Below the pieces are notes generated by a model that was not told the DNA's origin, made no database searches, and was given only the letters and a program-made list of their open reading frames with translations. A stretch of DNA of 64,000 nt from Myxococcota bacterium (GTDB taxonomy: Bacteria > Myxococcota_A > UBA9160 > JAFDDA01). The translations under genes and the position numbers were made by a program. Location: the NCBI GenBank assembly GCA_965228475.1, contig OZ245817.1, positions 3,840,001-3,904,000 on the forward strand, read 5' to 3'. This document shows positions 1 through 9,355 of the stretch, piece by piece; positions within the stretch are counted from its first letter, which is position 1, and every line of letters begins with the position of its first letter.

Positions 1-327
1 GGTCGAGAGCAGCTGTTCCGGGGTCTGATCTTCGCGGTCGTAGGCGCGCAGCCCTTCGAGGAATTCGTCGACCTGGTCGGCCATGCGGTCGGTGGCGGCG
101 GGCGAGAGGTCCTCGAGATCGTCAGAGTAGAAGTCGAGACCGTAGGGGTCGAGGATCCGGCCGTAGGAAAGCAGCATCGGGTGCTCGAGGACGAACTGGG
201 CCAGCACGCGCAGGTAGTAGTGCTCGATCTTCCAGGGCTTGCCGAAGAGCGTCGGCACGAGAAAGACCGCCGCCGCGAGCAGCAGCATGGCCACGACGGC
301 GGCGAGGGTCCGGCCGAGGTTCGCCAT
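1..327 (-). CDS. 5' part of probable DUF885-family protein (runs off window start)
   Basis: Manual translation MANLGRTLAAVVAMLLLAAAVFLVPTLFGKPWKIEHYYLRV...; N-terminal hydrophobic anchor; ATG overlaps TGA of upstream gene. Confidence 0.6.
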   Translation of the reverse strand, partial: MANLGRTLAAVVAMLLLAAAVFLVPTLFGKPWKIEHYYLRVLAQFVLEHPMLLSYGRILDPYGLDFYSDDLEDLSPAATDRMADQVDEFLEGLRAYDREDQTPEQLLST

Positions 328-1322
328 CAGGTTCCGCGCGGACCGAGGCCCGCCTTCTCGTAGACCGCGTCGATCACGCGCATGTTCGCGACGGCGTCGT
401 CGACGTCGGTCGGGAATGGGGCACCGTCCCGCACGGCCGCCTCGAAGGCGCGGAGCTGGAAGAGGTAGGTCGGCTCACGCGAGAACGTCTCGGGCCGCTT
501 GCCGTCACGCTCCGTGTCGAGGACGAGCCGGTGATGGACCTGGGGCCCGAGCGGGTTGAAGACCCGCAGCTCGCCCTCGTCGCCGACCACGCGCGCCCGG
601 ATCTCGAGCAGCCGGGCCGAGAAGAGCGAACATGTGATGCGGCCGGTCGCACCGCTCGCGAAGTCGAAGGTCGCCCGCATGAAGCGGTCGACCCGGGGCC
701 GCGCGAGCCTGGCTTCGGCCGTCACCACCTCGATCGGCTCCTCTCCCGCGAGGTGGCGGAGCATGTGGATCGTGTAGCAGCCCGTGTCCATGAGGGCGCC
801 GCCTGCGAGATCGAGGCGGTAGCGGATATCCCCGGGAAGCGGCAGCGGAATGCAGAGCGACGTCTCGACGTGACGGATCGTCCCGAGCAGCCCGAGCCGG
901 CAGATCTCCACCATGCGGCGCCCGAGCGGGTGGTAGCGCCAGTGGAAGGCTTCCATGACGACGCGGTCGCTCTTGCGCGCGGCCTCGGCCACGCGCTGGG
1001 CCTCGGGCGCGTTCGAAGCGAAGGGCTTCTCGCAAAGGACGTGCTTCCCTGCGGCGATCGCACGCTCGGTCCACTCGGCGTGGAGGCCGTTGGGCAAGGG
1101 GATGTAGACCGCGTCGAGGTTCGGGTCCTCGACGATCGCCTCGTAGCTCTCGAGCGCGCGCGGGATGCCGTGCTTGCGCGCGAAGGCGGCGGCGCGGGTG
1201 GCATCGCGCGCCGCGACCGCGCTCACTTCGACGCCGGGCACGTTGCGGGCCGGGCGCAGGAGCGCCATCGGGGTGATCCGCGCTGCACCGAGGACACCGA
1301 TGCGAAGGGGCTCGCGGCTCAA
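327..1322 (-). CDS. Gfo/Idh/MocA-family oxidoreductase
   Basis: IGVLGAARI Rossmann start, HVLCEKP, GGALMDTGCY motifs; TTG start after GAGGAG. Confidence 0.9.
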   Translation of the reverse strand: MSREPLRIGVLGAARITPMALLRPARNVPGVEVSAVAARDATRAAAFARKHGIPRALESYEAIVEDPNLDAVYIPLPNGLHAEWTERAIAAGKHVLCEKPFASNAPEAQRVAEAARKSDRVVMEAFHWRYHPLGRRMVEICRLGLLGTIRHVETSLCIPLPLPGDIRYRLDLAGGALMDTGCYTIHMLRHLAGEEPIEVVTAEARLARPRVDRFMRATFDFASGATGRITCSLFSARLLEIRARVVGDEGELRVFNPLGPQVHHRLVLDTERDGKRPETFSREPTYLFQLRAFEAAVRDGAPFPTDVDDAVANMRVIDAVYEKAGLGPRGT

Positions 1323-1390
1323 GAGGGATGGCTCCTCATGGACCCGGGAGTCTGACACATTCACGACGGGGATTGGAACGGGCACCGCGG

Positions 1391-1450
1391 CCCCATCGGC
1401 GCACCCGTCGCCCTATCGGCGCACCCGTCGCCCTATCGGCGCACCCGCCG
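1391..1450. repeat. 20-bp tandem repeat x3 spanning kinase stop codon
   Basis: CCCTATCGGCGCACCCGTCG unit, first and last copies with one mismatch each. Confidence 0.9.
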
Positions 1451-2419
1451 GGCACGCCAGGCACGCAGCTCGGTCACGAACTTGTGGACCGTCGCAAAGC
1501 GGTCGTCGGGGTCCTTCGCCACCGCCTTCATGCAGAGCTCTTCGAGGTCTTCGGGGATCGTCCGGTCCGGCGCGCGCTCCGAGGGCGGCACCGGGGTGAC
1601 GTTCCGGGCGTTGTCGCAGATCTCCTGCATGCTGTTCCCCTCGACCATGGTCTCGAGGGTCAGGCTCTCGTAGAGCACCGCACCGAGGCTGTAGAGATCC
1701 GAGCGGCCGTCGATGTCCGGGCAGCGTTCGATCTGCTCGGGCGACATGTAGGGCGCGGTCCCCTGGAGCTGGCCCTGCCCCGTCATGTGGATCGTGCCGC
1801 CCTCGATGCCCGCGCTCGACTCTTCGTCCTCTTCCTTGGCGTTCCACACCTTGGCCAGGCCCCAATCGAGCAGCATCACTTCGCCGAAGGGTCCCATGAG
1901 GATGTTCGCCGGCTTGACGTCGCGGTGGATGACGCGGTGGCTGTGGGCGTAGTCGAGAGCATGTCCGATCTGGATCAGAATGCTCACCATGCGGTCGAGG
2001 CCGTAGCCCTCGATGAAGTAGAACTCGGACTCGCGCGACTGGTCGATCACCTCGCGCAGGGTCATCCCGTGCACGAGCTTCATGGTGAAGTAGTACTGGC
2101 CGTGGTTGTTCCGGTTGAGCTCGTAGATCGGGATCGTGTTCGGGTGCTGCAGCATCGCGGAGACGCGCGCCTCCCGCAGGAAGCGCTTGGTCTCGAGCGG
2201 ATCGTTCACGAATTCCTTGCGCAGACTCTTCATCGCGACCGTGCGGCCGAGGTAGAAGTCCTTGCAGGACTGGATGACGCACTTGCCGCCCTTCGCAACG
2301 GTCTTGAAGCCCGTGTAGCGCAGGGACTTGTTCTGGACGTGGTCCGGAAGGGGTACGTCCGTGTCTTCGAGGTGGACGTCCGGGTAGTCGTCCTGGCTCT
2401 CCGGGAACTCGCGGGGCAT
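1433..2419 (-). CDS. Hanks-type Ser/Thr protein kinase (stand-alone kinase domain)
   Basis: VAMK, HRDVKPANIL, DWG, GTAPYMSPEQ, DLYSLG motifs; start chosen at MPREF. Confidence 0.9.
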   Translation of the reverse strand: MPREFPESQDDYPDVHLEDTDVPLPDHVQNKSLRYTGFKTVAKGGKCVIQSCKDFYLGRTVAMKSLRKEFVNDPLETKRFLREARVSAMLQHPNTIPIYELNRNNHGQYYFTMKLVHGMTLREVIDQSRESEFYFIEGYGLDRMVSILIQIGHALDYAHSHRVIHRDVKPANILMGPFGEVMLLDWGLAKVWNAKEEDEESSAGIEGGTIHMTGQGQLQGTAPYMSPEQIERCPDIDGRSDLYSLGAVLYESLTLETMVEGNSMQEICDNARNVTPVPPSERAPDRTIPEDLEELCMKAVAKDPDDRFATVHKFVTELRAWRARRVRR

Positions 2420-2551
2420 GGGCTGAACGTATCGGGCGCACGGCCACGGCGCCTCAGTTCCGGACCCTGCCCGGGCCGATCCGTGCCGTCTCGAGGGCCC
2501 CCTGGCCCGTCCTCGAACCTGGGCCACCCTCGGCCCGTTCGCGCTTTTCAT

Positions 2552-2590
2552 TGCACAATTCTTAGGCAGCCCCTGCCGCGGAATCGGGCA
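2552..2590 (+). promoter_or_regulatory. Tandem NtrC-type enhancer boxes
   Basis: TGCACAATTCTTAGGCA (2552-2568) and TGCCGCGGAATCGGGCA (2574-2590), both TGC-N11-GCA, 22 bp apart, upstream of a sigma54 promoter. Confidence 0.55.
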
Positions 2591-2649
2591 GAGATTCCTC
2601 CCGAACCGCCCGGAACGGCTGTAGAATCGCCCTGCGGCGCATCCCCGCC

Positions 2650-2664
2650 TGGCACGCGACTTGC
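2650..2664 (+). promoter_or_regulatory. sigma54 (-24/-12) promoter of glutamine synthetase
   Basis: TGGCAC-GCGAC-TTGC, exact consensus spacing. Confidence 0.8.
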
Positions 2665-2807
2665 CATAGTGGATCGTCATTCAGTGGGGGCTTCGGACGG
2701 GACGCCGTCCGGAACTGTGCAGCTCGGGGCCCATCGGTGCTCGAATCGCCCTCCCAGCTGATCAGCAACGGAATGAAAACGACCATCCTCGAGGAGGACG
2801 ATTCGAA

Positions 2808-3833
2808 ATGGGTGACAAAGCGAAGCTCGAATACATCTGGCTGGACGGCTACAAGCCGACCCAGAGTCTTCGCAGCAAGACCAAGGTGGTCGAGGACTTC
2901 TCCGGCAAGCTCAAGGACGTGCCGGAATGGTGCTTCGACGGTTCTTCCACCGAGCAGGCCGAGGGCAACGACTCCGACTGCCTGCTGAAGCCGGTCGCGA
3001 TCTACCCGGACCCGGGCCGGAAGAACGCCTTCCTCGTGATGACCGAGGTCCTGAACGCCGACGGCACGCCGCACGAGTCCAACGGACGCGCGACGATCGA
3101 CGACGACGACGACGACTTCTGGTTCGGCTTCGAGCAGGAGTACACGATCTGGGACGACGAGCATCAGCGCCCCATCGGCTTCCCGCAGCACGGGTACCCC
3201 GGCCCCCAGGGCCCGTACTACTGCTCGGTGGGCGGCCAGAACGCCATCGGCCGCGAGATCGTAGAGGAACACCTCGATCTGTGCCTCGACGCCGGCATCA
3301 ACGTCGAAGGCATCAACGCCGAGGTGATGATGGGCCAGTGGGAGTTCCAGGTCTTCGCCAAGGGCGCCAAGAAGGCCGGCGACGAGACCTGGGTGGCTCG
3401 CTACCTGCTCGAGCGCGTGACCGAGAAGTACGGCTACAGCATCAACTGGGAGCCGAAGCCCATCAAGGGCGACTGGAACGGCTCGGGCATGCACGCCAAC
3501 TTCTCGAACGAGCTGCTCCGCACCTGCGGCAGCCAGGCCGTCTTCGAGCAGATCTGCAAGGCCTTCGAGCCGGTCGTGGCCGAGCACATCGCCGTCTACG
3601 GCGCGGACAACGACCAGCGGCTCACGGGCCAGCACGAGACCCAGTCGATCGACAAGTTCAGCTTCGGGGTTTCGGACCGGGGTGCGTCGATCCGCATCGG
3701 CGCTCTGACCGTCGAGAACGGCTGGAAGGGCTGGCTCGAGGATCGGCGCCCGGCCTCGAACGCCGACCCGTACAAGGTCGCCGGCCGCATCGTGAAGACG
3801 GTGAAGGCGGCGAGCGAGCAGGTGAAGAAGTAG
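2808..3833 (+). CDS. glnII: Glutamine synthetase type II
   Basis: 341 aa; LEYIWLDG, FDGSST, GFEQEY, NAEVMMGQWEFQ, DWNGSGMH, RGASIR, EDRRPASN; GAGGAGG RBS. Confidence 0.93.
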   Translation: MGDKAKLEYIWLDGYKPTQSLRSKTKVVEDFSGKLKDVPEWCFDGSSTEQAEGNDSDCLLKPVAIYPDPGRKNAFLVMTEVLNADGTPHESNGRATIDDDDDDFWFGFEQEYTIWDDEHQRPIGFPQHGYPGPQGPYYCSVGGQNAIGREIVEEHLDLCLDAGINVEGINAEVMMGQWEFQVFAKGAKKAGDETWVARYLLERVTEKYGYSINWEPKPIKGDWNGSGMHANFSNELLRTCGSQAVFEQICKAFEPVVAEHIAVYGADNDQRLTGQHETQSIDKFSFGVSDRGASIRIGALTVENGWKGWLEDRRPASNADPYKVAGRIVKTVKAASEQVKK

Positions 3834-3859
3834 TTCACCGGCTTCGGTCGAGAACGACG

Positions 3860-3897
3860 CGGGCGTCCGGCGCGAGCCGGGCGCCCGTTTCCTTTTT
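3860..3897 (+). terminator. Rho-independent terminator after glnII
   Basis: CGGGCGTCCGGC-GCGA-GCCGGGCGCCCG hairpin followed by TTTCCTTTTT. Confidence 0.8.
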
Positions 3898-3908
3898 GGG
3901 GCCGGACG

Positions 3909-4517
3909 CTAGGCCTTCCGCGTCCACCACACCTTGTTGGCTTCGAGTCGGACGGGGTGCGGGTGGTTCGCGAAGACGCGGTCGACGGCGCGCTTCACGC
4001 CAGGGTGGTGGGGAGCGCCGTAGTCGTGGCCGGCGATGACGCCGCCGGCGCGCACCTTGGGCAGCCACGCGGCGAGATCGCGCAGGACCCACTCCTCGGA
4101 GTGATCCGCGTCGATGAAGACGAGGTCGAAGGATTCGTCGGCGAAGTCCTTGGCGGCCTCGTCGGACCAGCCCTGCCGGAAGGTGATGCGCGGTTCGTCG
4201 GCGAAGATGTCGGGGAGCAGCGGCGGCTCGAGGTCGATGGCGACGAGCCGCGCGACCTGGGGGCAGTAGCGCGCGACGTGGCGGGCGGTGCGCCCGGTGC
4301 GGGTTCCGATCTCCGCGATCTCGAGGGCGCCCCCTTCGAGCTCCTCGTGGACGAGATCGACGAGCACGTGCTGGCGGCGACGCTTGTCGCTCCGGTCCTC
4401 GGGGCGGAGCGGCACGCTGCGCTGGATCCGCTCCTGACCCTTGCGGCGCCGGAAGCCCACCAGCAGCGGCTTCCACGCATGGCGCAGGCGGCGGTAGATC
4501 CGTTTGCGGAGTTTCAT
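3909..4517 (-). CDS. Class I SAM-dependent methyltransferase (Methyltransf_24-like)
   Basis: AEIGTRTG, FDLVFIDADH, GGVIAGHDY motifs; start MKLRK chosen. Confidence 0.82.
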   Translation of the reverse strand: MKLRKRIYRRLRHAWKPLLVGFRRRKGQERIQRSVPLRPEDRSDKRRRQHVLVDLVHEELEGGALEIAEIGTRTGRTARHVARYCPQVARLVAIDLEPPLLPDIFADEPRITFRQGWSDEAAKDFADESFDLVFIDADHSEEWVLRDLAAWLPKVRAGGVIAGHDYGAPHHPGVKRAVDRVFANHPHPVRLEANKVWWTRKA

Positions 4518-4587
4518 CGGGCCCTCACCGCGGGCACGATACAAGACGATGCGGCGCCTTCGCTGCGCGGCGGAGCGCCCCGGGGCG

Positions 4588-4729
4588 CAGAAACGACAAG
4601 GCCCGTGCGCTGTCCGAGACCCGAGCCACCCCTGGAGAGTCTCAGCCCGCGCACGGGCCGCCATCGTTGTCGTTGTCTGCAAACCTTCCCAGGTTTTCGT
4701 TCCCAGGCGGCGTCTCCGCCTGATGACCC
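4588..4729 (-). ncRNA. Candidate sigma54-dependent structured small RNA or 5' leader
   Basis: Three hairpins (4704-4722, 4681-4696, 4592-4674) directly downstream of a consensus sigma54 promoter; ends in UUGUCGUUUCU. Confidence 0.5.
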
Positions 4730-4737
4730 GGTACTAG

Positions 4738-4753
4738 AGCAACCCCCGTGCCA
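4738..4753 (-). promoter_or_regulatory. sigma54 promoter
   Basis: Minus strand TGGCAC-GGGGG-TTGCT, perfect consensus. Confidence 0.8.
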
Positions 4754-4770
4754 GCCGGCGCCGTAAGCCG

Positions 4771-4794
4771 AAATCCTTTGAATTCAAGGGTTTA
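4771..4794. promoter_or_regulatory. AT-rich palindrome / IHF-like site upstream of sigma54 promoter
   Basis: AAATCCTTTGAATTCAAGGGTTTA; ATTCAA-GGGT-TTA has one mismatch to WATCAA-N4-TTR. Confidence 0.45.
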
Positions 4795-4947
4795 CGCGAC
4801 CGCTCCTGGGGCCGAACCCGGACGTTTTTCGGCACCCGGACCGGCAGGCTGAAGGCAATCGCGCCCTCAACTGATGCCGTTGCGGGCCTTCCGGTCGCTG
4901 GAAGCGCGTTGACCGGTGCAGGTGGAAAGTGCGGTTCCGGCCCGTGC

Positions 4948-6021
4948 TCACACGCCGGCGAGCTGGCGATAAAGGCCTCGCATCCGCCTGGCCGAGTCGG
5001 TCCAGCGAAGGGCCTGGACCCGGTCGAGTCCGCGCTTGCGCAGGTCCTGGGCCGCCGCCTCGTCGTAGACCAGCCGCTCGATGGCGTCGGCGATCGCGGA
5101 GACGGAGGTGGGATCCGGCCGAGCTGCCCCTTCGCCGACGACCTCCGGCAATGAAGCGGCCGAGGAGGCGACGGTGGGGGTCCCGACCGCCATGGCTTCG
5201 AGCACGGTGAGGCCAAAGCCTTCATAGAGGCTCGGCGCCGCGTAGACGCGCGCTCCAGCCATCAGGGCGACGAGCGTCTCGTCGTCGACCGGGGGCAGCC
5301 GCAGCGTGCGCTCCTCCATCCGGTGGCGAACGATCGCCTCCCGCAGGCCGCTCTCGCCATCGCTCGGATGCCCGACCAGCACCAGGCGCAAGCCCGGGAC
5401 ACGCGCAACGGCCGCGACCAGCCGCGGGAGGTTCTTGCGAGGCGTAACGACGGCCACGGCCAGCGCATAGTCACCCAGACGCTGCCTCATGCTGCGTGCG
5501 ACGGACTCGTCCGGTGGACGAAAGCGTTCGAGATCGACGCCGAGCGGCACGGGGTGGACTCGGGACGCCGGCAAACCGTACTGGTCGCAGACCTCTTCGG
5601 CCGTGAAGCGGCTGTACGTCACGACGTGGTCGGCGCGATCCACCGTTTCCCGGATTCGTTCGCTTCGCCGCGCGTGCCAGCCGGGCCTCACCCATTGCGG
5701 GTTGCGGACGGCATTGAGGTCGTGGACGGTGACCAGCTTGAGCAGGCGGCGCGGGGTGCGCGGCAGGTAGATCCCCATCGAGTGCAGCATCCGGTCGCCC
5801 CGGAGGAGTACCCGATTGACGGGGTCCTGGATCCACCGGAGATGCACGTTCTCCGCGTCGGGTCGGAAGAGGCCTCCGCGCTTTCGCCGCGAGAACCGGT
5901 AGCAGAGGTCGTAGCGTGTCTCGGGGTCGGTTCGAACCAGTTCGGTCACGAGGCTTCGGATGGCGCGCGGGATCCCACCGTGACGGTGCCCCGCGGCGCT
6001 ACTGACTTCGAGTGCGATCAT
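4948..6021 (-). CDS. Glycosyltransferase family 4
   Basis: VTVHDL, PRKNL, PSLYEGFGLTVLEAMAVG motifs; alternative start 6051. Confidence 0.9.
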   Translation of the reverse strand: MIALEVSSAAGHRHGGIPRAIRSLVTELVRTDPETRYDLCYRFSRRKRGGLFRPDAENVHLRWIQDPVNRVLLRGDRMLHSMGIYLPRTPRRLLKLVTVHDLNAVRNPQWVRPGWHARRSERIRETVDRADHVVTYSRFTAEEVCDQYGLPASRVHPVPLGVDLERFRPPDESVARSMRQRLGDYALAVAVVTPRKNLPRLVAAVARVPGLRLVLVGHPSDGESGLREAIVRHRMEERTLRLPPVDDETLVALMAGARVYAAPSLYEGFGLTVLEAMAVGTPTVASSAASLPEVVGEGAARPDPTSVSAIADAIERLVYDEAAAQDLRKRGLDRVQALRWTDSARRMRGLYRQLAGV

Positions 6022-6193
6022 GCGCGGCGAGGATTGCAACGCAGGTGCCATCCTCCGCGGGCCTCTCGTTCGACTCTGCGCTCGCCGGGACGCGCCGTAC
6101 TGCATGATCCGGCTGGGTCGCGCTGGCTCCGGCGGTGCCGTCGGAAAACCCACGCTCCGACTGCCGACATCGGCGCGGCTCACGGCGCGCAAT

Positions 6194-7195
6194 TCAGCCC
6201 GGCTCCGTGAAGCGCCCTCGCATCGACGCAAGGCCCGCGCGGCGCGCCGCGCGGTCGATCCCTGATGCGCGTTTCTCGTCGTCGATCCAGACATCGGTGT
6301 AGTGGCCGCGCGAACCGCACGCCCGCGCGCTCAGCTTGCGCGCCGCCCCTCCCCACCCGAACCGAAGCCTCCTCATGGGCCACGCGGGAATCGATCCATG
6401 ACCGCCCCCGACCCAATCGATGCGCCCGCCCTCCGCGAGCACTCCGCGAACGCGGGCTCGCGCGTCGAGATTCAGCGATGCCGAGCGCGGCGTCACGAGA
6501 AGGACCCGCCGTCGCGCATCCGGGTAGCGCTGGAAGTACCGCTTCCGGTTCGCGGCTCGGAGCGCGGTGGTCTCCGGAAGGGCCGAGAAGGAACCGTGGC
6601 CCGCGTGCTCGACCGCGGCGTGGGGATGCACGCCGATGCGCCAACCGCGTGCCGTCCACTTCCGCGACAGGTCCAGGTCCTCGAAGTATCCCCGGCCGAA
6701 GCTCCCGTCGAAGCCACCCACCTGGAAGAAGGCGCTGCGCCGCACGAGGAAGGCGTGGGCCCAGAGCCCGTAGCTGCGGACGTAGCCGGACTCGCGCTCA
6801 TAGTCCGAGAGATCTCTCCCACGGCCGTCTCTCGGTGAGACCGCGGCCAGGGAAGGGTCCCGGCGAAGCGCTTCGGCAAGGGGGGAGACGAAGTCGTCGG
6901 AGAGCACGACGTCCGAGTTCAGCACGAGCACGAACTCCGATCGCGTCCGCGTGAGACCCCGGTTCACGGAGCGGGCGAAGCCGGTGTTGCGCGGAACCGA
7001 GTGAACCCGCAGCCGAGGATGCTCGAGGGCCGCGAGACCCTCCCGAGTCGGCGTGCCCGAGGCATCGTCCTCGACGATGACCCGGGCGATGCGGTCCGGG
7101 ACCGAAGCGTACAGAGAGTCGATGCAGCGGCAGGCGTGCGCCACCGCGTTGTAGACGGGGATCACGACATCATGGCGCTCCGTGTCCCGGGTCAC
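6194..7195 (-). CDS. Glycosyltransferase family 2
   Basis: VVIPVYN, EDDAS, NTGFARSVNRG, LNSD, GYFEDLD motifs. Confidence 0.88.
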   Translation of the reverse strand: MTRDTERHDVVIPVYNAVAHACRCIDSLYASVPDRIARVIVEDDASGTPTREGLAALEHPRLRVHSVPRNTGFARSVNRGLTRTRSEFVLVLNSDVVLSDDFVSPLAEALRRDPSLAAVSPRDGRGRDLSDYERESGYVRSYGLWAHAFLVRRSAFFQVGGFDGSFGRGYFEDLDLSRKWTARGWRIGVHPHAAVEHAGHGSFSALPETTALRAANRKRYFQRYPDARRRVLLVTPRSASLNLDARARVRGVLAEGGRIDWVGGGHGSIPAWPMRRLRFGWGGAARKLSARACGSRGHYTDVWIDDEKRASGIDRAARRAGLASMRGRFTEPG

Positions 7196-7995
7196 GGAAG
7201 GGGCCGCCAGGCGTAGATCAGGAGGGTTGCACCGCGAAACGGGACCGCGGCGAACCCCGAAAGGGCCGGGTCGGCATCGATGTCCGGCGACGAAGCGCCC
7301 GCGAAGACCCGGGTCGTGAACCCCGCCTGGAACAACCCTTCGAGAGTCTCCGGCAGGGCCGACGCACCGGCGCCGCGCTCATGCCATTCACAGACGATCC
7401 GCCCGACCCGCTCGCTCGCCCCGCTCGCGACCAATCGACGGAGCACCTCGCCTTCCGCACCCTCGATGTCGAGTTTCAACAGATCGACGCGCTGGCTGCA
7501 CAAGTCCGCGATATCGAAGCACGGAACCTCGATTCCTCCCCGTGGGTGCAGGTGCCCCGTATCCCCGCCACGGGACTGGAATCGCATGCGGCCCCCCTCG
7601 GACCACACCGCGCCGGCGAGGCCCTCGGTCCGAGCGTCGCCCTGAGCGCGCAGGTTCGTCTCCAGAATCGCAGCGAACTCGGGATCCGCTTCGATGCAGC
7701 GAATCGTCGCTGCGGGGTAGCATCGTCGGAACCGGAGGGCGGCGAGCCCGAGGTTCCCTCCACAATCGAGGATGCTGGGGGAGCGATCCGCGACGTGGAA
7801 GTCGTAGACCCGGCGGTGGAAGATCTCCTTGAACTGGGCGTAGAGAGAGCGCCCGTCGACGTACTCGAATTCAGCGCCGAACAGCCGTGTCCGACCCGGC
7901 CGCCCTCTCGGCTCGTTGCGGAGGCGGCGCAGCCGGCGAAGTGCGGATCTCTCGTCTTCCCGCCGCGCCAGCGTGTGGCCGAGCCACCCGGTCAT
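7192..7995 (-). CDS. FkbM-family methyltransferase
   Basis: ILDCGGNLG, IEAD, LLKLDIEGAE motifs; ATGA coupling with upstream gene. Confidence 0.88.
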   Translation of the reverse strand: MTGWLGHTLARREDERSALRRLRRLRNEPRGRPGRTRLFGAEFEYVDGRSLYAQFKEIFHRRVYDFHVADRSPSILDCGGNLGLAALRFRRCYPAATIRCIEADPEFAAILETNLRAQGDARTEGLAGAVWSEGGRMRFQSRGGDTGHLHPRGGIEVPCFDIADLCSQRVDLLKLDIEGAEGEVLRRLVASGASERVGRIVCEWHERGAGASALPETLEGLFQAGFTTRVFAGASSPDIDADPALSGFAAVPFRGATLLIYAWRPLP

Positions 7996-9134
7996 CCGGA
8001 GGGAGCCTCGGGGGTGGACACGACGTTCTCCCCGTTCGCGAGGGGCCGATAGATCTCGTCCTCGAGGCGCGGGGCGACACGATCCCAATGAAAGCGGTCC
8101 CGAGCCCGGTTGCGCGCCGCCTCTCCGAAGCGGGCGCAGACCTCTGGACGCTCGAGCATCCCGGCCATCGCTCGAGCGAAGCCGTCGCGGTCGCCCACCG
8201 GGCACAGGAGCGCAGTCCGGCCCTCCTCCACGCACTCCGGATTCCCGTTCACCCGGCTCGTCACGGCGGCGATTCCGAGAGCCTGAGTCTCGAGCAGGAC
8301 CTGGTCCATGTTGCCACTCGCGTTGGGATGAAGGAGCAGCGAGGCCCCTTCCAGACGGGCCGGGAGGTCCTCGTTCGGCACGAAACCTCGGAATCGGACC
8401 CGCTCCGCAATGCCGAGCGCTCGCGCGCGCCCCTCGAAGTCGTGGCCGCGGGGCAGCGTTCCGAAGCACTCGAGCGTCGCGTTTCGCTGCTTCGGGATGC
8501 GTGCGAACGCATCGAGCGCGACCTCGACGCCTTTCATGTTGACCAGGACGACGCGTGGCGCCTCCTTCCCGCGCGGCATGGCCGAGGCGCCACCGGTGCG
8601 AAACCAATGGCTGCCGATCCCGTAGGGGATCACGTTGAAGCGGGACGGATCGACGCCGTAGCGGTCCCCGAGCGCACCTGCGAGCCAACGTGTCGGCGTC
8701 AGCCGGACCGGCGCACACTTCACCGCCATCGCGAGGTACTTCCAGCGCCAGTTGGAGGAACGAAGCGGTGCAGCAGAGACCTCGGGGACGTGGAACTGCG
8801 CGACCATCGGAAGGCGGCCGATGCCCGCCCGATGCGCTGCGCGGCTCCGAAGCCCGAGGAACGACCCGGCGACGTAGTGCGTATGGATCACATCGAAACT
8901 CGCGAGGCGCCGGAGCGCGTAGCGCAGTGGATAGAGGCGCTTGGCCCGGGCGCCCAGGTAGATCATCCGCACGCCGTCGATCGAGACCCGGTGATCCGGA
9001 CGGGCGACCTGCAGGAAGGTCACCCGGTGCCCACGGTCCCTGAGCGCTCGCACCAGCCCGTGGATGAACACGTGGGCCCCGAGAATGTTCGCCCGGTGGT
9101 GATAGCCGGCGACCAGCACGGACAGGCTCCTCAT
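7992..9134 (-). CDS. Glycosyltransferase family 4
   Basis: GT-B features: DVIHTH, VIPYGI, KGV, VLLETQALG. Confidence 0.85.
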   Translation of the reverse strand: MRSLSVLVAGYHHRANILGAHVFIHGLVRALRDRGHRVTFLQVARPDHRVSIDGVRMIYLGARAKRLYPLRYALRRLASFDVIHTHYVAGSFLGLRSRAAHRAGIGRLPMVAQFHVPEVSAAPLRSSNWRWKYLAMAVKCAPVRLTPTRWLAGALGDRYGVDPSRFNVIPYGIGSHWFRTGGASAMPRGKEAPRVVLVNMKGVEVALDAFARIPKQRNATLECFGTLPRGHDFEGRARALGIAERVRFRGFVPNEDLPARLEGASLLLHPNASGNMDQVLLETQALGIAAVTSRVNGNPECVEEGRTALLCPVGDRDGFARAMAGMLERPEVCARFGEAARNRARDRFHWDRVAPRLEDEIYRPLANGENVVSTPEAPSG

Positions 9135-9273
9135 GGTCTGGCTTCCTTCGCGCATGCCGGGCGCCCGCGGAGGGTGGCGCCGCGTCCGGGGGGAGCCGGA
9201 ACGCGGCGCCGGACAGGACCGCTACTTCCCGTCCGAGAAGAGACTCGCTCGCCTCGGCGTTGGTGAAGGGCAC

Positions 9274-9289
9274 TGCAACGCGGGTGCCA
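9274..9289 (-). promoter_or_regulatory. sigma54 promoter of glycosyltransferase operon
   Basis: Minus strand TGGCAC-CCGCG-TTGCA, perfect consensus, ~140 bp before the GT4 start. Confidence 0.8.
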
Positions 9290-9355
9290 GCGTCCTGCCG
9301 CTCCCGTGAAGCCAGGAGCCCGCACGAGAGCCGTCGCCTCCAAAACCCGCCTGCG

